A DNA stretch of 64,000 nucleotides from an uncultured Azospirillaceae bacterium. GTDB taxonomy: Bacteria > Pseudomonadota > Alphaproteobacteria > RF32 > CAG-239. The stretch lies in NCBI GenBank assembly GCA_964395655.1, contig CAYNBB010000001.1:7121-71120 (forward strand). The letters run 5' to 3'. The translations under genes were made by a program, and so were the position numbers. Below are positions 9,672 through 18,897 of the stretch, piece by piece; positions within the stretch are counted from its first letter, which is position 1; every line of letters begins with the position of its first letter. A model generated the notes under the pieces. That model was not told where the DNA came from and did no database searches. It saw only the letters and a program-made list of their open reading frames with translations.

Positions 9672-9897
9672 TCATGTCCGTGCTCCGCACCGTGCTCTTA
9701 AATTTGCCCCTAATCCTCGCGTTTTACATTCGCTTGCGCTCTGCTTGCGTCGAGGATGACCCGCCCGGCGGGTGTGCGGCACCCCGCGCCAATGCTCCGC
9801 ACTGTAGTCTTAAACCTGACTTGGATCCTCGCGTCTCACATTCGCTTACGCTCTGCTCGCGTCGAGGATGACATTCCCGCGTCAGTGCGGAGCACTG
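9672..9897. repeat. Repeat element between fliN and flbD: two ~81-bp direct repeats (9680-9760 and 9791-9871, about 85% identical), each with an internal ATCCTCG...CGAGGAT hairpin, bounded by inverted copies of GTGCTCCGCAC
   Basis: Read directly from the sequence. GTGCTCCGCAC occurs at 9682-9694, a variant ATGCTCCGCAC at 9792-9802, and the inverted copy GTGCGGAGCAC at 9886-9896. The central spacer contains the palindrome CCGCCCGGCGGG. Confidence 0.7.
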
Positions 9898-9910
9898 ACA
9901 AGTTTAAATA

Positions 9911-10267
9911 TTACTTAGCGGCAGACTTGACAATTTCAGTCATGGTAATGCCGAGCTTATCATCAACCACGACTACTTCGCCGCGGGCAACCAGATTGTT
10001 ATTAACGTAGATGTCTATCGCCTCACCGACTTTGCGGTCAAGCTCTATGACAGCTCCTTTGTTCAGCTTCATTAACTGGCTGACTTTCATCTGAGTTTTG
10101 CCGAGAACGGCCGAAACCTTAACCGGAATATTGTATACGGCCTCAAGATCACTGGTCGACGTCGGAATGTCAAAGTCTTCCATACCGGTGTCGCTTTTGA
10201 GAATCGGCTCATCATTCAAGCTTGAGCTTTCATCCATTTCGTCGAGTTCTAAATTGCGGTTTTCCAT
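9911..10267 (-). CDS. fliN: Flagellar motor switch protein FliN
   Basis: C-terminal SpoA/FliN domain (VKVSAVLGKTQMKVSQLMKLNKGAVIELDRKVGEAIDIYVNNNLVARGEVVVVDDKLGI). Confidence 0.9.
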   Translation of the reverse strand: MENRNLELDEMDESSSLNDEPILKSDTGMEDFDIPTSTSDLEAVYNIPVKVSAVLGKTQMKVSQLMKLNKGAVIELDRKVGEAIDIYVNNNLVARGEVVVVDDKLGITMTEIVKSAAK

Positions 10268-10278
10268 TTTCCCCTCTC

Positions 10279-11001
10279 TTAGTTATTCAGCAGGTCTTCA
10301 ACCTGAGAAATTGCATGGGCGGCGTTTTTTTCCACCCCGCCGTTGAGCCATTCTATTCTGCAATCCGAAAGCCCGAGGCTGTCGTCTTTATGAATGGCTA
10401 TTTTACCTTCAAAATCATTTTTTTCCGCCAAACGCGAAAGTTTCGGAGCAATATCGCCGATTATTCCCGGATTAAAGCGAAAAGACAGGCTCTCTTCTTT
10501 GGCAAAATTTTTAAAATTCTCGCGGATAAAAGTCTCAACTTCCCGCACGGCAACTTCCCCCTCAAGCTGCGGCAACAATTTTCGAACCAAAGCTACGGCA
10601 AAACGCAACGCATTCTGCTCCTGCTCGGCATTATTGGCGCCGACATCGGACAAAATCGTCACCAGGCGGTTGTTGATATTGTCTAACAACACGGCCTCGG
10701 CTTTTTCATGTTCGGAAACGGCCGCATTATAACCTTTTTCATAACTTTGTTCTTCGGCCGCACGAACGGCGTTGTCCAATTCTTCCTGCGAAAAGGAAAC
10801 CTCTTTTATTTCCGATTCAGCGACAACAGGTTCTGCTTCGGCAAATTCAACCTCGACAGTCTCGTCTTCCGCCGGCTCTGCTTCTTCCGCAACGGGCTCT
10901 TCCGCTTCCGCCGACTCGACAACAGTCTCAGGAACATACTTCCGAGGTTCCTCGTCGCTGATAACAAAATTATCAAACATATATTTTTTATAATCTGCCA
11001 A
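10279..11001 (-). CDS. fliH: FliH-like flagellar export assembly protein (FlbE-like); probable TTG start
   Basis: Acidic N-terminus, coiled-coil middle, and a C-terminal CRIEWLNGGVE motif like FliH. It sits between fliG and fliN as in the Caulobacter fliF operon. A TTG at 11001 is preceded by AGGGATAA; an alternative ATG lies at 10980. Confidence 0.6.
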   Translation of the reverse strand: MADYKKYMFDNFVISDEEPRKYVPETVVESAEAEEPVAEEAEPAEDETVEVEFAEAEPVVAESEIKEVSFSQEELDNAVRAAEEQSYEKGYNAAVSEHEKAEAVLLDNINNRLVTILSDVGANNAEQEQNALRFAVALVRKLLPQLEGEVAVREVETFIRENFKNFAKEESLSFRFNPGIIGDIAPKLSRLAEKNDFEGKIAIHKDDSLGLSDCRIEWLNGGVEKNAAHAISQVEDLLNN

Positions 11002-11017
11002 GTCGGTTATCCCTGTT

Positions 11018-12040
11018 TTAATAAATCAGCTCGTCGCTGTCTTTACCTTCGCTTACGACTATCTCGCCGGCATTGGCCAGATCTTTGGCCGTGGTAACGA
11101 CATACTGCTGAGCTTCTTCAACCTCGCGAACACGAACCGGCCCCATCGAATCCATATCTTCCTTAATGATTTTGCCGGCACGCGAGGACATATTCTTAAA
11201 GAACAGTTCCTTAATGGTATCCGAAGCGCCTTTGAGAGCAATCGCCAGTTTGTCTTTGTCGATGTTGCGCAACAGTATCTGAATACCCTGCGAATCGATG
11301 CGGATCAGATCTTCAAACGTAAACATCAACGACTTAACCCGGTCGGCGCTCTCTCGATTGCGTTCTTCCAATGCCTCCATAAAACGAGCTTCGGTATTAC
11401 GATCGAGAGAGTTAAAAATATCGGCAATCAGTTCATGAGAATCGCGACGAGTCGATTTGGAAAGATTGCTCATAAACTCCTTGCGCAGCGTTTTTTCCAA
11501 ACTGTCAAGTATCTCTTTCTGCACCGAATCCATACGCAGCATGCGCATAACTATTTCCATGGCAAAATTTTCCGGAAACAAAGCGATAACCTTGGCAGCA
11601 TGTTCGGCACGAATTTTGGAAAGGATGACGGCAATCGTCTGCGGATATTCATTCTTCAGATAATTAGCCAAAACATGCTCGTTAACGTTGCCGAGCTTGT
11701 CCCACATGGTACGGCCGGCAGGGCCGCGGATTTCTTCCATGATTACAGAAACGCGTTCTTTATCCATGGCCTTGGCCAACAGACGCTCCGTGCTCTCATA
11801 AGTTCCGATCAGACTGCCGGTATTGGACAGGCGGTCATTAAACTCGACCAACAACTGCTCAACTACGTTGGAATTGATTTTGCCCAGACTGGCCATAATA
11901 ACCGAGAGTTCTTTAATTTCTTCATCGTCCATCATCGAAAACAAGGTTGCCGAACGCTCTTCATCGAGCGAAAGCATCAGAACCGCTGCTTTCTGCTGAT
12001 TAGAGAGGACATTATAATCGTCAATAACATTTTGCTTCAT
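11018..12040 (-). CDS. fliG: Flagellar motor switch protein FliG
   Basis: 340 aa with typical FliG N-terminal, middle and C-terminal domains. RBS GAGGA upstream. Confidence 0.92.
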   Translation of the reverse strand: MKQNVIDDYNVLSNQQKAAVLMLSLDEERSATLFSMMDDEEIKELSVIMASLGKINSNVVEQLLVEFNDRLSNTGSLIGTYESTERLLAKAMDKERVSVIMEEIRGPAGRTMWDKLGNVNEHVLANYLKNEYPQTIAVILSKIRAEHAAKVIALFPENFAMEIVMRMLRMDSVQKEILDSLEKTLRKEFMSNLSKSTRRDSHELIADIFNSLDRNTEARFMEALEERNRESADRVKSLMFTFEDLIRIDSQGIQILLRNIDKDKLAIALKGASDTIKELFFKNMSSRAGKIIKEDMDSMGPVRVREVEEAQQYVVTTAKDLANAGEIVVSEGKDSDELIY

Positions 12041-12051
12041 TTCGGTTTTCC

Positions 12052-13677
12052 TCAGTTATCGTTATTATACAGCCAAGAACGGATAACATTGACGGCAGTC
12101 TCGGGATTTTTCTCAACCATGGCATTGAGTTTCTTAAGAGAAGAAACCTTGACACGCCCGTCAACTTTGTTGAGATTAATCAGCTCATCGGCGCCTTCAT
12201 CTTCTTCATTCAGGAAGTTGGACAACAGCAAGCTGTCTTCATCCGAACCGGAGAGCAGTTTTTCGCTGCCGGAAGCAGGTTCAAAGGCATTGTTGACCAG
12301 AGGACGAATTACCAACAAGATAACCAGTACGGCTACAATTGCAACACCCAGACCTTCGGCAATACGCAACAATTCGTCTTTGGTAAAGCCCATATAGAGA
12401 ATCTCTTCAACTTCTTCCGCACCGGAAGATACGCCGGCAAAGCGCAAATTCTCCACATCGACAACGTCGCCGCGGTTGGCGTCAAACCCCACCGCCGACT
12501 TGACCAATGCCGTAATTTTTTCCATTTCGGCCTCGGTACGCGGACGATAAACAACCTTACCGTCAGCGTTTTTCTCATAAACGCCGTCAACCATAACGGC
12601 GGTAGTCAGACGTTTAATGGTTCCGGTATTCTTAACCTTATTGCGAATGACTTTGGATATCTCGTAATTAATGGTCTCTTCAACCTTGGAATTCTGATTA
12701 AACTGTCCGGCGTCGGCATTGACCATGTCACCATTGGGAATATTCTGCGCCACAGTCACCGGCAAACTGTTCTGACCGGAAGTTCCCTGTTCGGTCATCG
12801 TCGCCTGCGAACGAACAACCTGACTGTCGGGATCGTAGATTTCTTCATTGGTAACGACTTCGTCAAAATCCATTTCGATATTGACCTGTGCCTGAGCTTT
12901 TCCCGGTCCGACCGTCTTTTCCAAAAGATTCTGAACTTTGGCCGCCAGTTTCCGCTCCTGCTCCAACCGCAAAAGTTCGTTATTTACTTTCTTGACGGCA
13001 GGATTCTCCGGATTGTTGGCATCGGTGGTCAACAGATTGCCGGCGCTGTCGATAATTGACACGTTTTTGACATCAAGCTTAGGAACCGCCGCGGCAACCA
13101 GTTTTTGTATCGACTGAATATTTTGCAGACTCAGCTCGCCGTCGCGGGTTTTGATGACGACGGAAGCCGTCGGCACCTGCTCTTCACGCGAAAACATTTC
13201 TCTTTTGGGTAAAACCAAATGCACCCGCGCCGACTTAATGTTGTCAACCGAGCGAATCGTCCGCGCCAACTCACCCTCAAGCGCGCGAATCAGATTCACG
13301 TTCTGCACAAAATTGGTCGAGCCGAGCGCATCGGTATTGTCAAACAGTTCATAACCGACGTTGGAACCTTTGGAAGCCATGGCCAGTTCGGCCGTATCGA
13401 CCCGCATCTTATTGACCTCGTCAACCGGAACCATAACCTCGGTTCCGTTTTTGGTCAGTTTATATTTGACATTTGCGTTTTCCAGACGCGTTACTATCTG
13501 CTTGGCGTCTTCCAGCTCAAGATCCGTATACAAAACAGCATACTCCGAGCTGTTCATCTGAATCGCAATATAAACAAAAAAGCTGATTAAAAAGATGATG
13601 ATTCCGGCAATGGAAGCCAAACGCCCCGCCGACATATTCTTTAATGTTTGCAGTATATTATTCACCTGATTCCCCAA
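12052..13677 (-). CDS. fliF: Flagellar M-ring protein FliF (TTG start as drawn; ATG alternative at 13635)
   Basis: N-terminal TM (ASIAGIIIFLISFFVYIAI), YscJ/FliF domain, and a second TM near the C-terminus. Confidence 0.9.
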   Translation of the reverse strand: MGNQVNNILQTLKNMSAGRLASIAGIIIFLISFFVYIAIQMNSSEYAVLYTDLELEDAKQIVTRLENANVKYKLTKNGTEVMVPVDEVNKMRVDTAELAMASKGSNVGYELFDNTDALGSTNFVQNVNLIRALEGELARTIRSVDNIKSARVHLVLPKREMFSREEQVPTASVVIKTRDGELSLQNIQSIQKLVAAAVPKLDVKNVSIIDSAGNLLTTDANNPENPAVKKVNNELLRLEQERKLAAKVQNLLEKTVGPGKAQAQVNIEMDFDEVVTNEEIYDPDSQVVRSQATMTEQGTSGQNSLPVTVAQNIPNGDMVNADAGQFNQNSKVEETINYEISKVIRNKVKNTGTIKRLTTAVMVDGVYEKNADGKVVYRPRTEAEMEKITALVKSAVGFDANRGDVVDVENLRFAGVSSGAEEVEEILYMGFTKDELLRIAEGLGVAIVAVLVILLVIRPLVNNAFEPASGSEKLLSGSDEDSLLLSNFLNEEDEGADELINLNKVDGRVKVSSLKKLNAMVEKNPETAVNVIRSWLYNNDN

Positions 13678-13687
13678 TCACAGCGTA

Positions 13688-13727
13688 TTATACAATAAAA
13701 CCACACTGCCGTACGGCAGTTATAAAT
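13688..13727 (-). promoter_or_regulatory. Candidate fliF promoter: consensus -10 TATAAT (minus strand, plus coordinates 13688-13693) with the perfect 14-bp palindrome CTGCCGTACGGCAG (13714-13727) just upstream
   Basis: The minus strand reads ...CTGCCGTACGGCAGTGTGGTTTTATTGTATAATACGCTGTGATTG. A weak TTAA-N7-ATAA CtrA-like half-match lies further upstream. Confidence 0.4.
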
Positions 13728-13829
13728 TCCCCATTTATTTACGTTTTAACGTACTTTTTGCCTTTAGTGAATTAATTATTTGAGATATTCACAGTTCACG
13801 CCGTCGTTTGCGAACAGAATTGCATAACG

Positions 13830-13859
13830 ACAGGAATCCCGACCTTTCCAGATCGGGAT
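13830..13859 (-). terminator. Hairpin downstream of flgE (ggaatcccgatctggaaaggtcgggattcc), a likely terminator or processing structure
   Basis: A perfect 11-bp stem about 40 bp after the flgE stop. No strong U-run follows. Confidence 0.45.
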
Positions 13860-13900
13860 TCCTTAAAGTTTCAGGAGTGAGCTTGTTTCAAGTCCTAATT

Positions 13901-16126
13901 CTAGGTCATTCTGGTGAGTTCATCCAACATCTCGTCGGCCGTCGTGATAATCTTGGTGGCCGCCGAATAGGCACGTTGCGTGATAATCATGTTGGAAAAC
14001 TCGGTAGCCAAATCCACATTCGACTGTTCCAGAGAGTTGGATTTGATTTCTCCGGCGCCGTCGCTGCTGGCCATTTTGAGCAGAGCCTGTCCGGAATAGT
14101 CGGTCTCAATCCAGACGTTGCCGCTCAGAGCGTTCATGCCGTTGGCATTGGAGAACGTCGCCAGAGGCAGAATGGCAATCGGACGGGTTTCGCCGTTATC
14201 ATATAACGCTGTAACGACACCCTGCTCGTTGACACTGACACCGGCAAAGCTTCCGAACGTGGCTCCGTCCTGTTTTATATAGTTGGTGGTAAAATTACCC
14301 GACAGGCTGGTCAGACCGTCATTGGTACCCGGGTTGCCCTGAATAAGGGTGATCGGCGTGCCCTGACCATAGTCGCCGTTCATATTCTGCGCACCGTTGG
14401 CCCATTCAATCTCCATTTCGCCGATATAGGTGTATTTCGGCGTGCCGTCGGCATTGAATTTGATACCGGGAACAATAGAACCGGCCTCGACTTCCGTATT
14501 ATTTACCTTAAAGGAATTTTTCAGAGTAACGGTCGTTTTGGTCAAGTCTACAAATTTGCTGGCATCGCCGTTGCGTCCGGTACCGGCAGCAACTCCGGCG
14601 AGTCCGGTAAGATCAAGCTCCATATCCGGTCCGGTCGAAGACGGAACGAACTGAATTGACGTACCGCTGGCGGTAACGCGTTCCGGCTCAATAATCTGAG
14701 CGCGTATTTTGTTGACGACCAGTTCGGCCAATTTGACGGCGCTGAATTCGCCGCCGACCATTGCATCGTCAAGAGCAATTTCTTTGGCGCCGGTTCCGCT
14801 CTGAGTGATTGTAAATTCGACGCCGCCTACAGAGAATTTCTTGTTCAGATAATCGGCGCTGTTGCTTGACGTAAAGCTGATGGTAGCCGTATTTTTGAGT
14901 TCTTCGTCGATCGCCTGAACGGTAAACTGACCGGTCGCAACGCCTGACTCATTGGGATTGACGGCCGATTGCAGACAGGCCAAAGTCTTGCTGCAGTCGA
15001 TGTCCAAAGCACCGCCTCCGACGGACTGGACAATGCTGATGGTTCCGTTTTCGTCGCTGAAACGATCGGCGCCGGGCATATTGGCCTGAATAGCCTCCAG
15101 GAACCTGGCCGTGAAATCGCCGACAGAAACCACTCCGGTCGAAATGTCCACACCGATGTTTCCGGGCTGAGCCGTTGCCCCCGGCGTTCTTAAGAACTCA
15201 AATGTGAACGTTTGTCCGGTTTGCTTGTCGGTGATACTGATGCTCGAACCGTTAGACGGAATGGAGCTGAACTCCAGCTGACCTGCCGCATAGTAAACGT
15301 CTTTGGAAGCATCGGCCATATTTTCGCGATTTCCGGTCAGGGTAACCGAAGCAGCCCCGCTCGGAATCGAAGTCGACATGCCCCAGCTGTTGGAACTGGT
15401 TTTGGTGTAAGTAAGATTCAAGTTGCTTGCATTGCCCAAGCTGTCATAAATCAGTGCGCTGACCGAATGACGACCGCCGGCAATTTCATTGGTCGGATCA
15501 AAAATCGGATCCCCTGACGGCAGATTGGCGCCATACCTGATCTGCTGCGTCGGAGTGGCCGAACCGCCGATGGTTGACAGGTTAACAGGCTGCAAATTGC
15601 GCGAATCGACAATGTTGTCATTAATGTAAACGGTCTTGCCGGTACCGTCGTAATAAGCTTTCATATAATTGATACCGTTGATGTTTACGACGGTTGCCGC
15701 CTCGTTTCCGTCCCACGGAAGCAAAGACCAGCCCTGGACATAATATCCGGCCGTATTTTTCAGATAACCGCTGTCATCGACATCAAAATCGCCGGCACGA
15801 GTATACGCCCAGACGTCATTAGCTCCCGGATTGGCGGAAGAGTTGACGACGAAAAAACCGCTGCCGCTGACGGCCAAAGCCGTCGAAGACGAGTTGGAAG
15901 CCAGCAATCCCTGAGCATTAATCGTCTGTTTGGCGACAGGCTGTACGCCGCCCGGCGAATAATAATTGGTCGAGGTCTGTGCCGTTACCAATGTTTTGAA
16001 AGCGGTATTGTTGTTTTTATAACCAATCGTGTTTACGTTTGAAATATTGTCGGAAATGGCTCCCATGGAAGTCGACTGAGCGGCCAGTCCCGAAATACCC
16101 GATTGCATTGCACCAAATAAACTCAT
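13901..16126 (-). CDS. flgE: Flagellar hook protein FlgE (long form, 741 aa)
   Basis: N-terminal MSLFGAMQSGISGLAAQS flagellar rod/hook motif. C-terminal ...TQRAYSAATKIITTADEMLDELTRM. Confidence 0.92.
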   Translation of the reverse strand: MSLFGAMQSGISGLAAQSTSMGAISDNISNVNTIGYKNNNTAFKTLVTAQTSTNYYSPGGVQPVAKQTINAQGLLASNSSSTALAVSGSGFFVVNSSANPGANDVWAYTRAGDFDVDDSGYLKNTAGYYVQGWSLLPWDGNEAATVVNINGINYMKAYYDGTGKTVYINDNIVDSRNLQPVNLSTIGGSATPTQQIRYGANLPSGDPIFDPTNEIAGGRHSVSALIYDSLGNASNLNLTYTKTSSNSWGMSTSIPSGAASVTLTGNRENMADASKDVYYAAGQLEFSSIPSNGSSISITDKQTGQTFTFEFLRTPGATAQPGNIGVDISTGVVSVGDFTARFLEAIQANMPGADRFSDENGTISIVQSVGGGALDIDCSKTLACLQSAVNPNESGVATGQFTVQAIDEELKNTATISFTSSNSADYLNKKFSVGGVEFTITQSGTGAKEIALDDAMVGGEFSAVKLAELVVNKIRAQIIEPERVTASGTSIQFVPSSTGPDMELDLTGLAGVAAGTGRNGDASKFVDLTKTTVTLKNSFKVNNTEVEAGSIVPGIKFNADGTPKYTYIGEMEIEWANGAQNMNGDYGQGTPITLIQGNPGTNDGLTSLSGNFTTNYIKQDGATFGSFAGVSVNEQGVVTALYDNGETRPIAILPLATFSNANGMNALSGNVWIETDYSGQALLKMASSDGAGEIKSNSLEQSNVDLATEFSNMIITQRAYSAATKIITTADEMLDELTRMT

Positions 16127-16151
16127 TTCTTTTCTCCTAAAACTTTAATAA

Positions 16152-16907
16152 TTATGCTTCGGCCGTTTTTTCAGTATCGGAAGAGGCACTTCCGTCCGAA
16201 GAAACTCCGCCGCCGCTTTTGTCATCAAAATAGTTGTCATCGCGCATGGTCACGATATCGCTCAATCCGGCGGTTACGGCATTACCCAAACCGATGTAGA
16301 CGCCGTCGTCGTCATTGGCAACGCCGGTTACTTTTCCGAAAATTGTTGTCGTAACGGTCGCAGCGTCTTCTCCGTTTGCGACTTTCGGCGAAACAATAAT
16401 CTGATAAGCGCCGTCTTCGAGCCGGTTGCCGTCGGAATCCTTTCCGTCCCATGTAAATTCATGCGTTCCCGAGGTCGTTCCCTGTCCGCTGGTCGTATAA
16501 ACGACTTTGCCGTTCATATCCTTTACCAGAATTGAGACGGACTGAACATCCTTGTTCAGCGTATACGTTGCCTTGGCCTTACCGTCCTGCAAAGGCATAA
16601 CGTCGCCTAATACCTGGGCGGTCTTGCCGATATAGGAAACGGCCTGTGCCCCCAGATTAGCCACGCCCAGAGAAAGCAGATTATTTAATTTGTCATTCAT
16701 CTGGATAGACTGCTCAACGTTCGAATACTGCACCAATTGATTGGTGAATTCGGCAGTATCCATAGGATCCAGAGGATCCTGATATTTGAGCTGTGTCGTC
16801 AAAAGCGTTAAAAAAGTGTTCATATCCGCAGACAAAGTCGAACTGCTTGACGCCGTCGTTGCCGAGTTGGACTGAACTGTACTGGTTATTGCACTGATAT
16901 CTACCAT
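16152..16907 (-). CDS. flgD: Flagellar hook capping/assembly protein FlgD
   Basis: N-terminal LSADMNTFLTLLTTQLKYQDPLDPMD FlgD motif and a C-terminal FLgD Ig-like domain. Confidence 0.9.
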   Translation of the reverse strand: MVDISAITSTVQSNSATTASSSSTLSADMNTFLTLLTTQLKYQDPLDPMDTAEFTNQLVQYSNVEQSIQMNDKLNNLLSLGVANLGAQAVSYIGKTAQVLGDVMPLQDGKAKATYTLNKDVQSVSILVKDMNGKVVYTTSGQGTTSGTHEFTWDGKDSDGNRLEDGAYQIIVSPKVANGEDAATVTTTIFGKVTGVANDDDGVYIGLGNAVTAGLSDIVTMRDDNYFDDKSGGGVSSDGSASSDTEKTAEA

Positions 16908-16925
16908 TGTGATTCTCCCCTAAAT

Positions 16926-18617
16926 CTAGACCCGAATATTAAGTCCCTGAGCAGGATCCCATACCTGATTGTCATTGCCCGCCAATTCTTCGCCGGCTTC
17001 TTTCTCCAAAATGTTCCCGATAAAATTTCTCAACTCGGAATTCCGGTTTTGCTCTTCTTCACCGCGGAAGCTGAAGCTAAAGCTGCTGCCGTCGGCGTCG
17101 AAACCGGCATCGCTAAAGGCCTTTTGCAGGGTCTCGGCTTCTTTTTGCAGAACTTCCAGCGTATCCTGACGACTGGCAATAATTTCCGCCTGCAACTTGC
17201 CGTCTTTGGAAATCTGCATTTTAATCTGAACATGCCCCAAATCTTCCGGTTTAAGCTGAATATCGATTTTATCGACACCTTTGACGGCTGATTTGATAAT
17301 ATTCACCTTTACCTGCTCGACGGCTTCGCGGCTCATGCCTTTATATACGTCGCGGAAAGACGTCTCCTCGGCCTTGACGCCGGGTCCGGCTTTAAGAGAC
17401 TGCGACGCCGCGGCACCGTTTAATGCCGAATGAGTTGCATTCAAAGGAGCTTCATTTCCGCCCCGGATGGCTTCCGTCGCCTCGACGGAGGCCGAAACAT
17501 CAGCGACAGTCGGCATCTCAGCACCTGCCGCGTTCGGCATATTCGACTGAACGGGAGCCGCATTTTGACGAAGCTGCATATTTTGCAACGGATCAACAGT
17601 CGTTTTTTGACCTTCCGATTCAGCGTTCGTTTCTTTGAACACCGCTTTTACCGCCTCATCAACGGCAGCCGTATCCTCAAGCAGGCCGTCAACATCGGAA
17701 CGGGAAAAATTTTCCTCCTTAACTTCAACGTCAACTCTGGTCTTCCGCCCATCCAATTTAGTGTCCAAGATCTGAGCCTGCTCGACCAGCGCATCATCAA
17801 CGGCGGAAGCCGTCTCCTTCCCTGCCGACATATCCGCAATCTCGGCGCCGGACATTCCGAAGCGGCTTTCAGCCGATTCCGAAAACTCGGCCGGAAGAAG
17901 CTCGGCCTTATCCTCCGCGACCTGCGCCCCGGCAATAAACAGCTGTCCGGCATCCGAAGCCTGTTGCAGTTTAACAGCCAGCTCAGCGCCGCTCATTGTT
18001 ACCACCTGCCCGGACGAACGATCCCAAACGCTGACCTCCGCCTGAGACACCAAAGAAGACAAATCAACCTCCTGCGTCGGCAAAACCACCTCTACACCAT
18101 CCACAATCGCAGCAACCGATGACTGAACCGAATTCGGCATCTCGGCAACCGTCTCACGAACGACCGGCGCAGCGTCCGCATTCGGGTGAACTTCCGCGGA
18201 AGGAGCTGCCTCGACTGCATTCTCCGCCGCAGCACGGGCAACCGGACGCTCGTCTCTCTGCGAAGTTTCGACCGCCGCCGCATCAGGAACAGCCTTGTCG
18301 CGACGTTTGCTTTCCTTTACGGGCTTATCGTTCCGCCCGGCTTTCCTGCCATCGTTGCGTACGGGCTTTTCGTCCCTGACGGGAGACCGTTCCTTACTTT
18401 TGGCAATCGTTTTTAAGGAAGCGTCTGCCGCCGACGACGAGCGGACATCATAACTTTTGGCATCCGAACCGATTATCGCTTCGGGCGACAGCGAAACTCC
18501 GGCAACCAACTCGGCAAAAGCCTGCGGCTGAGCAAGCTCTCCGCCCCCCTGAGACTGAACGCCGGCCTTTCCCGATATAAATTGAGAAAGAGAAACATTT
18601 ACTTCTTTTATATTCAT
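16926..18617 (-). CDS. fliK: Flagellar hook-length control protein FliK; start moved to the internal Met at 18617 because the sigma54 promoter overlaps the ORF tracker's ATG at 18656
   Basis: C-terminal Flg_hook domain (VKGVDKIDIQLKPEDLGHVQIKMQISKDGKLQAEIIASRQDTLEVLQKEAETLQKAFSDAGF) and a Pro/Ala/Glu-rich central region. The Met at 18617 has an AGGTTGGTGTC Shine-Dalgarno-like sequence. Confidence 0.8.
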   Translation of the reverse strand: MNIKEVNVSLSQFISGKAGVQSQGGGELAQPQAFAELVAGVSLSPEAIIGSDAKSYDVRSSSAADASLKTIAKSKERSPVRDEKPVRNDGRKAGRNDKPVKESKRRDKAVPDAAAVETSQRDERPVARAAAENAVEAAPSAEVHPNADAAPVVRETVAEMPNSVQSSVAAIVDGVEVVLPTQEVDLSSLVSQAEVSVWDRSSGQVVTMSGAELAVKLQQASDAGQLFIAGAQVAEDKAELLPAEFSESAESRFGMSGAEIADMSAGKETASAVDDALVEQAQILDTKLDGRKTRVDVEVKEENFSRSDVDGLLEDTAAVDEAVKAVFKETNAESEGQKTTVDPLQNMQLRQNAAPVQSNMPNAAGAEMPTVADVSASVEATEAIRGGNEAPLNATHSALNGAAASQSLKAGPGVKAEETSFRDVYKGMSREAVEQVKVNIIKSAVKGVDKIDIQLKPEDLGHVQIKMQISKDGKLQAEIIASRQDTLEVLQKEAETLQKAFSDAGFDADGSSFSFSFRGEEEQNRNSELRNFIGNILEKEAGEELAGNDNQVWDPAQGLNIRV

Positions 18618-18655
18618 GACACCAACCTGTGAAAACATTAATTTGAGTTTATCCA

Positions 18656-18672
18656 TGCAAATCGCGTGCCAA
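18656..18672 (-). promoter_or_regulatory. sigma54 (RpoN) -24/-12 promoter, TGGCAC-GCGAT-TTGCA, driving fliK-flgD-flgE
   Basis: The minus strand reads AAATTTGGCACGCGATTTGCATGGATAAAC, an exact match to the TGGCAC-N5-TTGCW consensus. An FlbD-type activator is encoded in the same window. Confidence 0.75.
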
Positions 18673-18897
18673 ATTTCTTGCGCAACTCTATTTTCTATTA
18701 ATAGTTGTTACAATTAATTTGCACAATCGATTTTAAAGTGAGGAAAGGATTCTGCAAAAAAAATCAGCTTTTTACGCTTATTTTGCCAAAAACTGTGAGT
18801 TTTTCGTGAAAAAAACAATATTTTGTTGTGTTTTTTGGAAATTTGTAATATTTTAAACGAGAATTAAACGAAACAAACTATATAGAGAGAAAAATCA

